Shown here in pieces: positions 1-12,645 of a stretch of DNA of 64,000 bases (the stretch's first letter is position 1; every line of letters starts with the position of its first letter). Both the position numbers and the translations under genes were made by a program. The DNA is taken from positions 1,876,463 to 1,940,462 of the forward strand of contig CM119264.1 in NCBI GenBank assembly GCA_051294375.1. The letters run 5' to 3'. The notes beneath the pieces were generated by a model. It worked only from the letters and a program-made list of their open reading frames with translations. It had not been told where the DNA came from and ran no database searches. Origin of the DNA: Paraspadella gotoi (Eukaryota > Animalia > Chaetognatha).

Positions 1-140
1 GATTGGCTGCCGGAAGACGAAGGCGACGCCCCATTGGACGAGGACTCGGATTGGCTGCCGGAAGACGAAGGCGACGCCCCATTGGACGACGACGCTGATT
101 GGCTGCCTGAAGATGAATACGACGCCCCATTGGACGAGCG
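1..140 (+). repeat. 48-bp coding tandem repeat (DWLPEDEGDAPLDEDS), about 3 copies
   Basis: gattggctgcc(g/t)gaaga recurs with a 48-bp period. Confidence 0.85.
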
Positions 141-1530
141 ATTGAAGGCGATTCTTGGCGAGGATCTCGCGGAGCAATTCATTGCGACGGCGGCGGCAGA
201 AGAGAATACGTTGGAGAGAGAGAGGAGAGAGAGGGAGACAGAGAGGATGGAGATGGAGAAGAGAGAGAGGGAGACAGAAATGACCTCGGGGATGTCGAGG
301 GCGAACGTCGACGAGCCGTTGGAGGAAAAGTCGAGGGTCGGCGTCGACTCTGTGGACAACGACGCGGAAGTGGAGAGACTCTTCAAGGAGGTCGTTGAAG
401 AAGGAGGAGGAGCGGAGGAGGAAGTCGTTGAAGACGAGTTGGAGGCGTCAAGGAACGAGGGAGAGATCAAGGAGGGAGGAAGAGAAAGAGAGAAGAAGAC
501 AGGGAGGAAGGGTGGAGAAGACTTTGGAAGACGACAGCAACAACCCCAGCAGCAGCAACAGCTGGAATATGCAGCATTCAGAGATGATGACGATGACGAC
601 GATTTCGAAGCAGACGAAAAGTATGAAGACGAGAAAAACGAAAAGGGAAAACAACAACATCAACAATATCAACATCTACATCAACAACAACATCAACGTC
701 TACATCACTCAAAGGTCAAAGATTTTCTCGTCTCCAGCGACGAAGGACAAAATTACTTGAATCTTCATCGGGATGAAATTCAAGTTTTCCCTTGCGACGA
801 TTCGCCAGAGACTTTCGTCGTCTTGGAATCGAAAGGCGGAGATCCTTTGTTTCTGGTCGAGTTTGACGAGGATGATGTCGAAGACGACGACCTCGCAACA
901 GCACCGTCACGGCCACCCCAGCACCTCGCTCTTCCGAGATCGTCGGAACGAAGGGTGAGAAAGAAGATCACGTTCACGCGATGCCTTGCGTTAACCGTTA
1001 AGGATTAAAAATGAAATAAACCCAGTTATTCGTAGGGTTAATAATAATTTATTCGTGACAAAAAGATAATGAAAATCATTTTGAGAATCTGAAAATATAG
1101 GTCAAAAAGACAAACTAAAAGAAATTACAGCTTAAATTAGAATCAAATATCAGTATAACTAATAAAGTATCGGTGATAAATATTAAAATATTAAAATTTA
1201 AAGACGGAATCTTTACTTATTTATTAAGGTGAGTTTCTCCGAAGAGCTTCGAGTCATTTCGGGACCAGAACTTTGTCTTCAAGCGGAAGTCAAACATTTG
1301 AATGTTGAGGAGGATGAAGGCGGACCGATCCCGTCCCCAAAAATAGATCCGCCGCCGAGTCCGCCTTTTCGGGCGGAAAAGGAGGCTGAGGAGCTAAAGG
1401 CGATCGCCGTAAAGGAGCGAGAGACGATCGCCGTAGAGGAGCGAGAGACGATCGCCGCGCAGGACGAACCCGACGACGAAACAGTTTCCGCTTGGGACGA
1501 AATCAAACTCGATCTCGTCGAAGAGATGGT

Positions 1531-1567
<37 letters not shown>

Positions 1568-2692
1568 AAAGCGAGCGAAAAAACCGTCAAGTTTTGCGAC
1601 GTCGTCGAAAATATTTACGAGGAAAATCACGAGAAGGTGGCGCTGCCGTCGTTACCGACGCTTTTGCCGACAAGAGACGAAGACGATGAAGACGACGACG
1701 AGCCGACGACGACGAGGTTTCCGGCTGCCGGAATCTCGGCCTTCGATTCCGTCAAAGTCGACGAATTTATCGGCGCCGAAAAAACGAGAAATAAAAAAAA
1801 TCGAAAGATTTTGGAATTTGGGAGGAAAAGTTCGGGGGTTGAGTTTGGGCAGGACAAAGATGAACAAGATGGGCAGGACAAATACTGGGAGTTTGGGAAG
1901 GACAAAGATGGAGAGGGTTGGCAGGACAGAGACTGGGAGTTTGAGCAGGACAAAGATGGGCAGTCGGGATTGGACAAAGAAGGGCAGGAAGAAGATGGAC
2001 AACCAACAGTCTGGAGGGAAAAAGTCGGTGACTCAGGGCAGGACAAGGCTGCACTAGTAAGAAATGAACAATTTAAAGTCGGACAGGACAATGAGGGACA
2101 GTATTGGAGGGACAAAGTCGGATCATCCAAATTCGGACAAGCCACAATGCGGACGTCCGAAAAAGGACGGACAGAATTGGCGCCACAAACGTACGGACAA
2201 CTCGGAGACGAACAAGAACAATTCGGTCAGTCCGTGTGGGAAGCGACGTCGTTTGAGCCGATCGGGAAAGAAAACAGATCGGCTGATTATTTGTCGATAG
2301 ACGAAACTTTTAAAGTCGGCGCCGACGAACGATTTGAAGCCGGAATTTCCTTCGATCTCGCCCACGAAGCCGGGAAAATGCCGGAAAATCTCGGCGTTGA
2401 ATCTGAGAGAGCCGATTTGAAGTTCGGCGTTGAAGAAAATCGATCTTTGTCGACGGACGATTCCTCTACCACCACTCTTTCTCTTCCTCCCTCTCTTCCT
2501 CTCTCTTCCTCCCTCTCTCCTTCTCTTCCTCCCTCTCTTCCTCTCCCTCCCTCAATCCCGCCCCCCGTCGAACCGGTCGTAGACGTAGAGAGGAAGACGA
2601 CGACGACGACGACGACGAAAACGACAACTAAGTCAAACATCCCGAAGTCGGAACGTGTCCTCAAGAAGAAGAGATCCCGACGGGAGCATTGA
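1..2692 (+). CDS. Acidic low-complexity protein, 5'-partial, two visible exons (<1..954, 1229..2692)
   Basis: Two long open frames joined by a phase-0 intron: donor agg|gtgaga at 955, acceptor ttattaag| at 1228. The spliced product reads SERR|VSFSEELRVI. D/E-rich, with poly-Q and poly-G runs and GQDKD repeats; stop at 2692. Confidence 0.75.
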
Positions 2693-3739
2693 TATGTTGT
2701 CGTTGTTGTACCATCTTGGAAAATGAAAAAGTCGCCGAAACTTTTTCTAGTTTTGGTAACTTTTGTTGCTTTTAAATATTTAATTTAAAGATAAAAAAAT
2801 AATGTATTAATGATTTAAAATCAAATTAGCCTATTTGTTTTCCGCGATTTTTATTTTAAAGATGTCAAAAGTTTTGGCGACTTATTTATTTTCCAAGATG
2901 ATAGTTGTCTGTTTACTTTGCCAGATATTTAGACTTGTCATTGACGCCCAATCTTTGTTATTCTTTATAATTGTTTAATATAATATTTTATTGTAATTAT
3001 TTTCACTGTTTTATTTATCATATCTACGAATTTTTTCCCCTCAAGTTGGGAGTTTTTTTGTTTTTTTTTAATTGTGTTCATTCTTTTAAGATGTATTTTT
3101 TATGATTGCCTTTGAAGCAATAACAAGTTCATTTTGTAAGATAAGAAGTTTATTGACTGAGCGAAACAGTCTACGAGACGAAACATTTTCATAATTAAAG
3201 TTGAATTTAAATGGTTTGAAATTTTCGGATTAATGAATTTTTTTTTCTTCCTAATTAAATTATATCACATTGAGTTTGTCGTATTTTATGAAATTATTTT
3301 ATGCTATGTTGTTTAAATACATAAATATTATTAAAATCTAGAATTAGTTAATTTTTCATTTTAATTTCAAAGTCTTAAAATAATAATTTTATCTGAATAA
3401 AGAAAATAATATCTATAAGAAAACTGGGGCATTGTTATTTTTTTACTTTGTGTTTCCTCTATTTCCAGAAGACAACACTGATATCCCACTCTATGAAATA
3501 AAAAACAAAATTTACAAGTAAAACATAGTCATAGAAAAATAAAGAATATAAATTAAAAACATAAATAAAACGGTGTATTATAAAATCTATAAAGATTGAT
3601 TAGTGAAACAGGTAACTTTGCAATTTTCATAAAGGCGAAAACAACAACAACAACAACAACAAATTAACAACATTGACGATCGTTCGTCACCTCAGGATGA
3701 AACATTCGGTTGAGACTCCGATCCTGTGAATTCTGATAT

Positions 3740-3845
3740 TCACGGATCCTGTGAACTTTTGATCTTTACGGATCATGTGACCTTTGGACCTTTACGGATC
3801 ATGTAACCTTTTGACCTTTACGGATCATGTGACCTTTTAATCTTT
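3740..3845. repeat. About 26-bp tandem repeat (gacctttacggatcatgt core), about 4 copies
   Basis: Read directly from the sequence. Confidence 0.8.
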
Positions 3846-4066
3846 TAAATCCTTTGACCTTGAGGAGATTCGTCTTTCTGATTCGAGAGAGAAATCGGAA
3901 AGAGAATAGACAAAATAGAAAATAGAAAGAGAAATAGAATCGAAAGAGGATAGAAAAAGATAGTGAATAGAAAAAGAATAGAAAGATAAAAAGAATAGAA
4001 AGAGAATAGAAAGAGAAAGAAAATGGAAAGAGAATAGAAATAGAAAGAGAATAGAATTAAAGTTAC

Positions 4067-4067
<1 letters not shown>

Positions 4068-4114
<47 letters not shown>

Positions 4115-4134
4115 TCCCTCTCTCTCTCTCCATC

Positions 4135-4179
<45 letters not shown>

Positions 4180-4373
4180 TCTGACGAAGCAGCTCCTTAT
4201 GTTTGACCATCGATCCTCACCCGTTTCCTCAAAACTACAACCGTAACAAAAATCGCCTTAGGTTTTCGTTACAAAGAGACTGATATTGCTGCCCAAGACG
4301 TGAAAGTTATTGACCCTTAAAGTAAACACGTCTGTTGACGTCGTTTGTAGATTGAGAAGGATTGGGCGAAGGA

Positions 4374-4409
<36 letters not shown>

Positions 4410-4419
4410 AGAGAGAGAG

Positions 4420-4483
<64 letters not shown>

Positions 4484-4490
4484 AGAGGGA
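4068..4490. repeat. (CT)n and (GA)n microsatellite blocks
   Basis: Dinucleotide runs at about 4068-4180 and 4376-4490. Confidence 0.9.
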
Positions 4491-5796
4491 GGTGGAGGGA
4501 TAAGACGACGACAACGGTGACGACAACGAAAACTTCGCCTCGGGTCACGACCGTCGCGGCGTCGACATGGTCATTGACTTCCTCTTATATTGAGGCGGCG
4601 GCAGCAGCGGCGGCAGCGGCGGCGGCGGCAGGAATGCAAGGTCGTTGGGTCATTCGCGCCGACGTGAATGAAGTCATTCGACAGATGGTCGAGGATGGTC
4701 ATTGGTCAAAGATGATCGCTATGATCACTATGATCACTATGCGAAAATGGACATCGGTTGCTGCTTTTATCTATCTACAGTATATATGTATCTATATCTA
4801 TGTTTTCTCAATCTCACTATCGATTCTATTCTATTCTAAAATTATGAGGAAATCTATGCTGAAGCTTGATTTCGTTTATTTGATAAAAATGATGAAAGGA
4901 TGAAATAAATTTAAGAAAAAGTGGTGCAAGTTTTAATTTAATTTGATTTAATTTAATTTAATAGCATGAAAATAAATAAATTGTTCCAAAAGATAAAAAA
5001 AATGCTGAGACGACGTAATATCGGTGAAATACTAAAGTGCACACTACGCACTACACTGTGCATGAGGATTAAAAAATATTTTTCGAATATCAAATATCAT
5101 TTTTAATTTTACAAAAGAAGTTTAATTGTTATTTGGAGAGTATAATTAAATATTCAGGTGTCTTTAAAAAAATTATAAAAAATATATAAAACGTTAAAAA
5201 ATTTTTAACTCTATTAATTAATAGCTAATATATGATGAAATCTACAAATATGCAACATATTTTTTGCATCAATACTACAGAAGTATCATAAATATTTTTT
5301 TCTTAAAAATTATTTTAAATATTGGAATGTTGATTTGAATGTTTATGTCAATGACATTTTGCTAGTACCAATTTCATAGAAAATCTGTTATAGTAAAGAA
5401 GTTCTGCACACTACACAGTGTTCAAAAAAATATTGTTAAGTTGCTTAATAGTGTGACTGTGTTGAGTTTGTTACACATTTTGGGCCAAACCAAGTAAGTA
5501 AAATCGAATTTAAAAAAAAAAATTTTTATTTAGATATACAAAAATTTGAAAGGAGAAAAAAGAGTTGAAAAATAGAGAAATGATTTAATAAGACTTAACT
5601 GTAGCGCTACCATACTAAATAGGGTGGAGCGATGAAAAGATGGAGGGATGGAACAATGTTTCTTTACTGTCTTTGTATATGTAATGAAAAATAATTAAGC
5701 CCTTTTTGAAAACAAATTTGCATATCAGTATCATAAATTGAATTTTCTTTAGGGAATGATTTTGCAATTGGCAACAACAATTTATTTTTAGTATGA

Positions 5797-5837
5797 AACG
5801 AACGTTTCCTCTCGAGGTGCAAGCCTTCATCAGCGTC
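5797..5837 (-). ncRNA. Degenerate minimal type-I hammerhead ribozyme core (Penelope-like remnant)
   Basis: Minus strand reads gacg-CUGAUGA-aggcttgcacctcgagag-GAAAC-GUU-cgtt. Stem I can pair (gacg/cgtt), stem III is the palindrome aacgtt, and AATAAA follows. Stem II is imperfect. Confidence 0.4.
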
Positions 5838-6019
5838 AAAGTAATTTGTGAGATTTTTTCAAGATATTACTATAAATATATTGTATTTTATGATACTGCT
5901 CCCCAAACAATATGAGCAAAATTTTTTTTTGTACTCGATAATCATACTATCTCACATATATATATCCTTGTTTGTTCACTCAAATAAAATTTTTGTTCCC
6001 GAGAGCTCCACCCTAATAC

Positions 6020-8245
6020 TCAAGTAAACCAAACGTGCGCCAAACAAGAAACTATAATCAAAAAGCTGTAGCACAAATTCCAATAATGACTTTCGTCGTA
6101 AAATATATCCAAATAACCGAGAAAACTGGCAAAGATTTTCGGCAGTTCGTCAAGAATGGATACAATTTCATCCCCGAAATTAAATCTCAAATGAGTTTCG
6201 TAAAATCTGCACATGAAGAGAATTTCGCTCAGAGGCAAAATGGCCATGTTTAAGGGGGAGCGATTTTCACCGTCGGATTTGCTAAATTCATCGAATTCAG
6301 TTTTATAAGAGTTGAATTGAAAAGGTTTACGTAAAGAAAAAATGAGAGGCTCTTTTTCTGGTTTCTGGGAAAACTTTGCAGGGACTACATTGAGATCGAT
6401 GAGATAAAATAGTAAAGACAATATGAGCGGGATTATTGGTTTGATACGGGAAAATATGTAAATTGGTTTTAGATAGATTTTTAAAAGAGAAGAGGTCATT
6501 ATGAAAGCGGGAAGGAAAGAAATAAGAATGATACTCTCGAAATTTTCTTTCCAAAATAGTAATGTAAAGAGACTTTTGTGCACGCTATCCCAATCATTAT
6601 GTTCGTCTAAGAAAGAGCGATTTTTGACAGCTAAGTAACAATATCTCCAAAATTCATAATTGGTTTTTTCAACAACTACCTTGTTTGAGCTTAATTGATA
6701 AACGAGTGGGGGTAAACTAAATGATCCCAGATAAATACAGAAAAGTGACATTAATAAATAAGTATTTAACCTATTCTTAACAATTTTTTGACAAATCAAT
6801 CGACAAAACTTTTCAAAAAACAGAAAAATCATAGTTATTGGCAAGATGTTAAAAATCTTAGATGGCCAATATGTATTTTGAACTAATAGGTAATGTCTAT
6901 GAAATCTTTTTATTTTTCCAAACATAAATATTGAGTTGATTGCATTCAATATCGACCCTGAAGGTAAAAATATCCTATCAATTTCTTGGCCTTTATTAAG
7001 TTTTTTAAAATACAAAAATGCTGAAAAGTATAAGTTGATGCTTAGTAAAATCGAAGTCAGAAATACAAAACGTATAAAAATGGGTAAAACCTTTTTTCTG
7101 ATAGAAAGGTTCAAGATAATTATTAAAAAACTAAGTATCCCCAATATTTGATCAATCAGTAACAATAAGATCATAATGAAATAATCGGGTCGCAAGTAAC
7201 TGTAATTACCGAGTTTAATGGTTTGAGTTGAATCTAATTTTCTAAACTTTAAATGAGAATAATTAAATTTCCCTTTTCGCGCGCATTTTTTATCAAGAGA
7301 CGAAGGCATGAAATCCAAAGTCTGAGGTTCTTCACAACCTTTGCTTTCATTTAATTCTTTTCCTTTCACTTGAAATTTGCGGATAAAATTTTTTCCAAAC
7401 ATTTTATAATGAAAACAATATTGGTAATTATGTTGTTTGTCTGGGTCCCAGACTTTTGGAAAATATACTGCCTGAGCTGTCATATCATTTTTGAAAATTG
7501 CAAGCCTCCAACTTAAAGGTTCAGTAGTCAATCCTACCGTAGACAAACTCAGACAATAGTCAGAAGTTTGTGGTACTCTTATAACAGAATGTTCACTTGT
7601 TACAATATCTTTTTCTATTAAATAAAATACGGACAACAAAACTAAATTTCCGATAATCATTGATAGATATTGCCTCCCCTTGAAAATATATTTTTTATTC
7701 TTAGTATAGTTTTTTTTTTCATTCATAACTTGATTTTTCCAAATTTCCTTAATTTCCAAAGGCGAAAAAATTCGAAATATGATAAACGGTGTTAAAAATA
7801 CAATCCAAAAACAAATGCTTATCGCCTTAACATAAATTATATACATGGATGTGGATATTCCCCATATTCCTTGTGCCGTTCCCATAATTTCGATTAGTTT
7901 AGATAAATTTGGTTTAATCAAGTTCAAAAAAGTTAATCTATAGCTGGCAGCGGTTCTTGCTAAACTTGTAGTCGATAAAAGAATCGAGATAAAGTGAACA
8001 TATGGAATATCTTTGGCGTAACACAAGTGCTTGGTTGAAAAGTAGCTTGCTTGAATGGACGGATTGCAACGGCAAAAAACTCCACTTATTATTACAAAAA
8101 TATTACAAAGATCTCTTCTACTAGTAAATTCGTATGAAACTTTCATAGTTTTACTGTTTTGATGGTACAGTACACCAATCTCACTTTGTAAGCAAGCATT
8201 GGTGCAGTATTCACTTGATTGTGATTGAAAAAAAATTGAGCAAAC
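6020..8245 (-). CDS. Large terminal exon of a multi-pass membrane protein, probably the 3' part of the XK-related gene
   Basis: 708-aa ORF; the frame stays open upstream to a tcttag| acceptor at 8246. Many hydrophobic segments; ISILLSTTSLARTAASY resembles an XK-family helix. Confidence 0.65.
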   Translation of the reverse strand, partial: VCSIFFQSQSSEYCTNACLQSEIGVLYHQNSKTMKVSYEFTSRRDLCNIFVIISGVFCRCNPSIQASYFSTKHLCYAKDIPYVHFISILLSTTSLARTAASYRLTFLNLIKPNLSKLIEIMGTAQGIWGISTSMYIIYVKAISICFWIVFLTPFIIFRIFSPLEIKEIWKNQVMNEKKNYTKNKKYIFKGRQYLSMIIGNLVLLSVFYLIEKDIVTSEHSVIRVPQTSDYCLSLSTVGLTTEPLSWRLAIFKNDMTAQAVYFPKVWDPDKQHNYQYCFHYKMFGKNFIRKFQVKGKELNESKGCEEPQTLDFMPSSLDKKCARKGKFNYSHLKFRKLDSTQTIKLGNYSYLRPDYFIMILLLLIDQILGILSFLIIILNLSIRKKVLPIFIRFVFLTSILLSINLYFSAFLYFKKLNKGQEIDRIFLPSGSILNAINSIFMFGKIKRFHRHYLLVQNTYWPSKIFNILPITMIFLFFEKFCRLICQKIVKNRLNTYLLMSLFCIYLGSFSLPPLVYQLSSNKVVVEKTNYEFWRYCYLAVKNRSFLDEHNDWDSVHKSLFTLLFWKENFESIILISFLPAFIMTSSLLKIYLKPIYIFSRIKPIIPLILSLLFYLIDLNVVPAKFSQKPEKEPLIFSLRKPFQFNSYKTEFDEFSKSDGENRSPLNMAILPLSEILFMCRFYETHLRFNFGDEIVSILDELPKIFASFLGYLDIFYDESHYWNLCYSFLIIVSCLAHVWFT

Positions 8246-8382
8246 CTAAGACTCATTGCAAATCAGTATTGTTCGAAGAAAAATTGATAGAAAATGGATT
8301 TATATATTGTAAGATAAAAGATAATTATAAATATATTTGGCATCTTAATTATGATTATGTTGTACTTTTTTTATTATATACA

Positions 8383-9485
8383 CAATGTGTGCAAAAAAAA
8401 GGTGAATAGTTATGACAAAAGAATTTTATTTTGCTTTTTGAAGGAAACCAATACTTTTTAGGACTCAATTAACTTTGTCAGATCACCATTTGTTTCCAGC
8501 ATCGCTTTTACGCAACTAGGGAGAGAGTCATAGAGGCTACGTAAATATGAATGGTTAAGCTCCCACCAAACGTTGTATTGCCAAATCTCCCTCTTCATCA
8601 TTGACCAGACGTTTTTGATGATGTTGCAGTCTGGCGTGTTTCCGAGCCAACCTTTGAGCACCTTCATCCCGTTTTTCTCATACCATTTTTGGGTAGCTTT
8701 GGTTTTATATTCAGGAGCTTCATCCTCCATAAAAATCCGCTTATTCACTGTTGAACGACTGACCACAATTCCTCTTTTGTAGAAGACCCTCAAATCTTTG
8801 TTGGCTACTTTAACCTCTCTCTCTCTCTCTCTCTCACTCTCTCTCTCTCAATATTTCTAAACTTGTCACAATCCAAAATTTGTCAAATGCGCTGACGAAG
8901 GTCCAAATTAAGGACCGAAACATGTCCAAATAATTATGAAAAACTCGTTGTTTAATGCAAATAAATTCTCTGCTACTTTGTAACCAAATAATTTTTTGGT
9001 AAAATTTTTACTTTATGAATCACAAAACTTTTTAGCTCATTGTCATCACTCTCCATAGATATGGAAGGCCACCCACTTCCAACTGCTTGTCCAAGGTTTC
9101 CAGTTGCTTCAAATTTATTGGCAACTCTGCAGACAGCGGTAAGACAGATGTACAACTGTTTGGCGATCCTCTAATTTGACTAACCCACCTTCCAAAGCTC
9201 AACAATAGCAGCTTTTTTGGGGGGTTAGCTGTTTGGAAGTTTTTATGGTTAAAAACACAAAAAAATAAAGATCGATAAAACATTTTTTTATGCAAAAAAA
9301 AAAAAAAAGATACAATTTTGATCTTTTTTATTTTAGAATTGGTTTTATAATATTTGGCATAGAAACCTTGTCATGGACTCAAGTAAAATATCTTTGTCTT
9401 GGCTTTAAACTACATTTTACTTAATAGGATGACAAACAAGCGAGATAGTAGAGGGTTCAAAGTTTTAACTTTTTTTGCACACATT
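8383..9485 (-). mobile_element. Internally deleted Tc1-family transposon with TIRs
   Basis: TIRs aatgtgtgcaaaaaaa at about 8384 and its reverse complement ending at 9485. DDE-region remnant FMEDEAP..GWLGNTPDCNIIKNVWSMMKR (cf. QDNAP..WPxNSPDLNPIENLW). HTH remnant KFEATG..GSGWP..DD. Confidence 0.85.
8887..8931 (+). ncRNA. Minimal type-I hammerhead ribozyme core of Penelope-like element type, nested in the Tc1 remnant
   Basis: CUGACGA-A-ggtcc(aaattaa)ggacc-GAAAC-at-GUC. Perfect 5-bp stem II and palindromic stem III acatgt; stem I is degenerate. Confidence 0.6.
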
Positions 9486-9783
9486 AATCACAAAAATCTT
9501 TAAAACTACCATTTAAAAACTTTCATGTATTATTTTTAAAATTAAATGTCATCAAAATATTTTTTTAAAAACGTCTTACAATTCACAACAAGTTTAATGT
9601 GCTAAAAAAATGTTCAGGGGTTGGACTAGTTTATGGTTTATTCTTTTCTGAAGCCTAAACCCGAATCCGTGGGCCCGATTAGGGATTAGTGAACTAATGT
9701 CTTTATTCGAAATATTAATTAATCTTTAAAAGATTTAGAAAAATGAAATTTATACTGTTTGCTCAAAAATTTTTTTTTTCAAA

Positions 9784-10347
9784 TCACCTCCGCTGAGGGT
9801 CAGTCCATCTCAAAACCAAAGCGCAGATTTGAATCAAGATTTGAGGAAAAGATTCTAAAATGGAATGCATCAGATTGAGAGTAAAAATATGATTCTCTTT
9901 AAATCTCAACGTTTCTTCATCCTCGATTTTCGTCACGTGTTCGTCTAAAAATAGATCGACCGAGACGGGGATGGAACCGAGTCCGAACAGATTCGATGCC
10001 ATCGTCAGAAATCGTCTCTTCTTGTTTCCCCACAATCGCTGGTGAGACGCACGGTTGCTGTGGATGATCTTGATGGAGTAAATCATCGCCACCAGGTTGT
10101 GAGCAACGATTATGAACAAAACGGCCCAACTGATTTTCTCAATCAAATAATGGCGGCTGGTGAAATATTCGTGAACGGTTTTGGCGTCGGTGAAAATATC
10201 GACGACGTTTAAAAAGTTGGAGACGATGAGGAGCAAAAGTTGGTAATACATTATTGTAATTTGTATTATAAATGGAACTTCGATCGTAAGCATCGATAAA
10301 CAAGCCTGTGTTTTGGGAAAAGTAGGGAGATCCAATGGATTATCCAA
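9784..10347 (-). CDS. XK-related (XKR scramblase family) protein, N-terminal exon
   Basis: VVDIFTDAKTVHEYF matches the XK N-terminal D..TD pattern and LESFPQILIQ matches the ExxPQ signature. A possible donor gag|gtgatt lies at the ORF end. Confidence 0.75.
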   Translation of the reverse strand: MDNPLDLPTFPKTQACLSMLTIEVPFIIQITIMYYQLLLLIVSNFLNVVDIFTDAKTVHEYFTSRHYLIEKISWAVLFIIVAHNLVAMIYSIKIIHSNRASHQRLWGNKKRRFLTMASNLFGLGSIPVSVDLFLDEHVTKIEDEETLRFKENHIFTLNLMHSILESFPQILIQICALVLRWTDPQRR

Positions 10348-12154
10348 TAGTATAATAAAGAGGGCCTATATCAGCAAGTTGGCTAAAAAAATTTCTACTT
10401 TTTTTTACAAATTTGAATAGACAAATTTTTATTTATATTACTCTATACCCCATATATTAATCTTTTAATATTTATTTATAGATAGGAAAGTCTAAATAAA
10501 ATATCTTTTTAAGATTTTTTTTCATTTTTAAGATCGGATTGCAAAAAGTTGTCTTTACCAAGTATCATTATTTTTTTGATATTTTGATCACTAGTGGGAA
10601 AAAAAGGGAAATCCGTTTATAATCATCATCATCATCTTTCGATAATTTTATTTGTTTTTCTTAATTTTTACTAATAAAATGTAAAAAATTTTAAATTATA
10701 ATTATATACGCATCTAGTTTAAAAAATGGTCACATCCTTCTCCATGAATTTTGTCCCACAACATCAACTTACCTCTTGGCATTTTTACCAAGTAAAGTTA
10801 ACTTACCAAGGTCCAGAAAATATTTTCCGAATAAAAACTTTGACAAAAAATGTTATTACTGTTCAAGAGCATCGACAAAATAGCGGAAGTGCATTATCTA
10901 ATTACTTGAATTTAAATTTTATTCGAGTTTTAACTTTTATCAAACGTAAACGTCTTTTTAGTTAATTAGTTTTTTGTTTTTATATTTTTCTTTGACAAGT
11001 GACAAAATTTCTCCAAGCGCTGACGATGAAAATCCGACGATAAAAATTTATCACCGGATTCAAATCTGAAAAAAAACAAACTTTTATCTCACCAAGATCG
11101 ACACAGCTCACCGGATCGCACATCGTCAAGATCACTCAATTTGATCACCAGTACATCCAAGATCACCAGGTCACTCGTTTGGCATCAGCTGGTCTTTAAA
11201 TAATGAAAAGAGAATTCTGTCATTTTTTTGTCTAAAATTTTTTTTAAATTTTGGGAACTTGGAGAATTTGAAGCAACTTCGCATTATTAATTTTAGAACA
11301 AATTTTAAAAAATGTCAAAATTTGCTAATTACGTTGGAGTGATGAGAAAATAGAGTAAAATATTGAAAACTAATCAATTTAATGAGTATCTCTGTCGTCG
11401 TCGTCGTCGTCGTCGTCATTGTCTAAATTTTATACTAAAATTAAAAAGAGAAAGAGAGGATACACAATGTTTATTTTACATACATCCTTATTTCTTTATC
11501 TGGTTAATAATTAGCTATAAAATGATCGAGCTAACAACTTTGAGTAATTCAAGTGACTAAGAGCGATTCCCTTTTTTTTTCTGTTTTCAGTTCTCGTTTC
11601 TCGATCCATCCATCGATCAGTCACGTGATCGTCATTCCTTCTTCGATCTCTTAGCGTCGAAAACCCACTATCATTTTGTCTCACGTGACTTCAAATATGA
11701 AGCCAGTTTTCTGGATGGATTCGTCGGAAAGATCAAAGGAAAGGGTCATGGGTCACATGACTGATACAATGTTTTTCATCTTTTTATGGAAAAATCGTCG
11801 AAATGCAGTCTTTATTTTGGTTTCCTTTTGTATTTAAAAATGCATCACAAAATTAATCCTTATAATGCGGCTCCATAGTTTGTATTAACTTACTGATTTA
11901 TTCAACCTCCTAGTTTATTGGTTATAAAACCATGATGAATACTCTTAAATAATGAAAACACTCTTACAAACCAAAATCATACTTTTCTGTTTTATGAAAT
12001 TAATATTTAAACAACATATAATTATTTTCTGAATACGTATGTACATTGTACTAAAAATGATTTAATTCCTCAATTTGAAAAAAGTAAAAGTTTTAAATTT
12101 TTAAAAAATCCTGTCTTTTGCTTATAAATAGTGTCTTACGTAATTGTTGATTCA

Positions 12155-12219
<65 letters not shown>

Positions 12220-12422
12220 AGGAGTGAGAGCTTTTTAGTGATTCATTCAGCCTCGATTTCACTAAGAAAAAAAGCTTCGTTTCTTATTTATAATAAAACG
12301 TTTGCGAAAATTCCAGTCTTTTTCACTTTTTTGAATAATTAAATCGTTTAATTTGTTAAAAAACAAACGTAATTGAACGACCTCAGCTTTTCTTCATAAT
12401 CAAAATAACTGCCAGGTTTGTC

Positions 12423-12645
12423 TAAATGAACAAGTTTGAGCAAACAATGTCAGATCTGCCGATGATAGTATAGCGGTAATCAGTTAATCAGATGACAAAT
12501 CACGATAATTCTTTCAATTTATGAACTTAGCAGATCTCAACAGATCATGACATAACAAATAATAACAGACTTCTTCATAAATCCGTAAAAAAATATATAA
12601 ATCAATTGATAAATCAGTCATTCAACCGAGCCAATACATGTATTG
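12423..12645 (+). repeat. Dispersed repeat, left arm of an inverted pair (partner 14549..14708)
   Basis: caagtttgagcaaacaatgtcagatctgcc..gcggtaatcagttaatcagatgacaaatcacgataatt is the reverse complement of 14622-14701 with few mismatches. Confidence 0.8.

Noticed and set aside
3845-4903. Short ORFs around the GA/CT microsatellites
   Set aside because: Low-complexity translations; no consistent spliced model could be built
11015-11045. Third hammerhead (gcgctgacgatg)
   Set aside because: No stem II or properly placed GAAA and cleavage triplet
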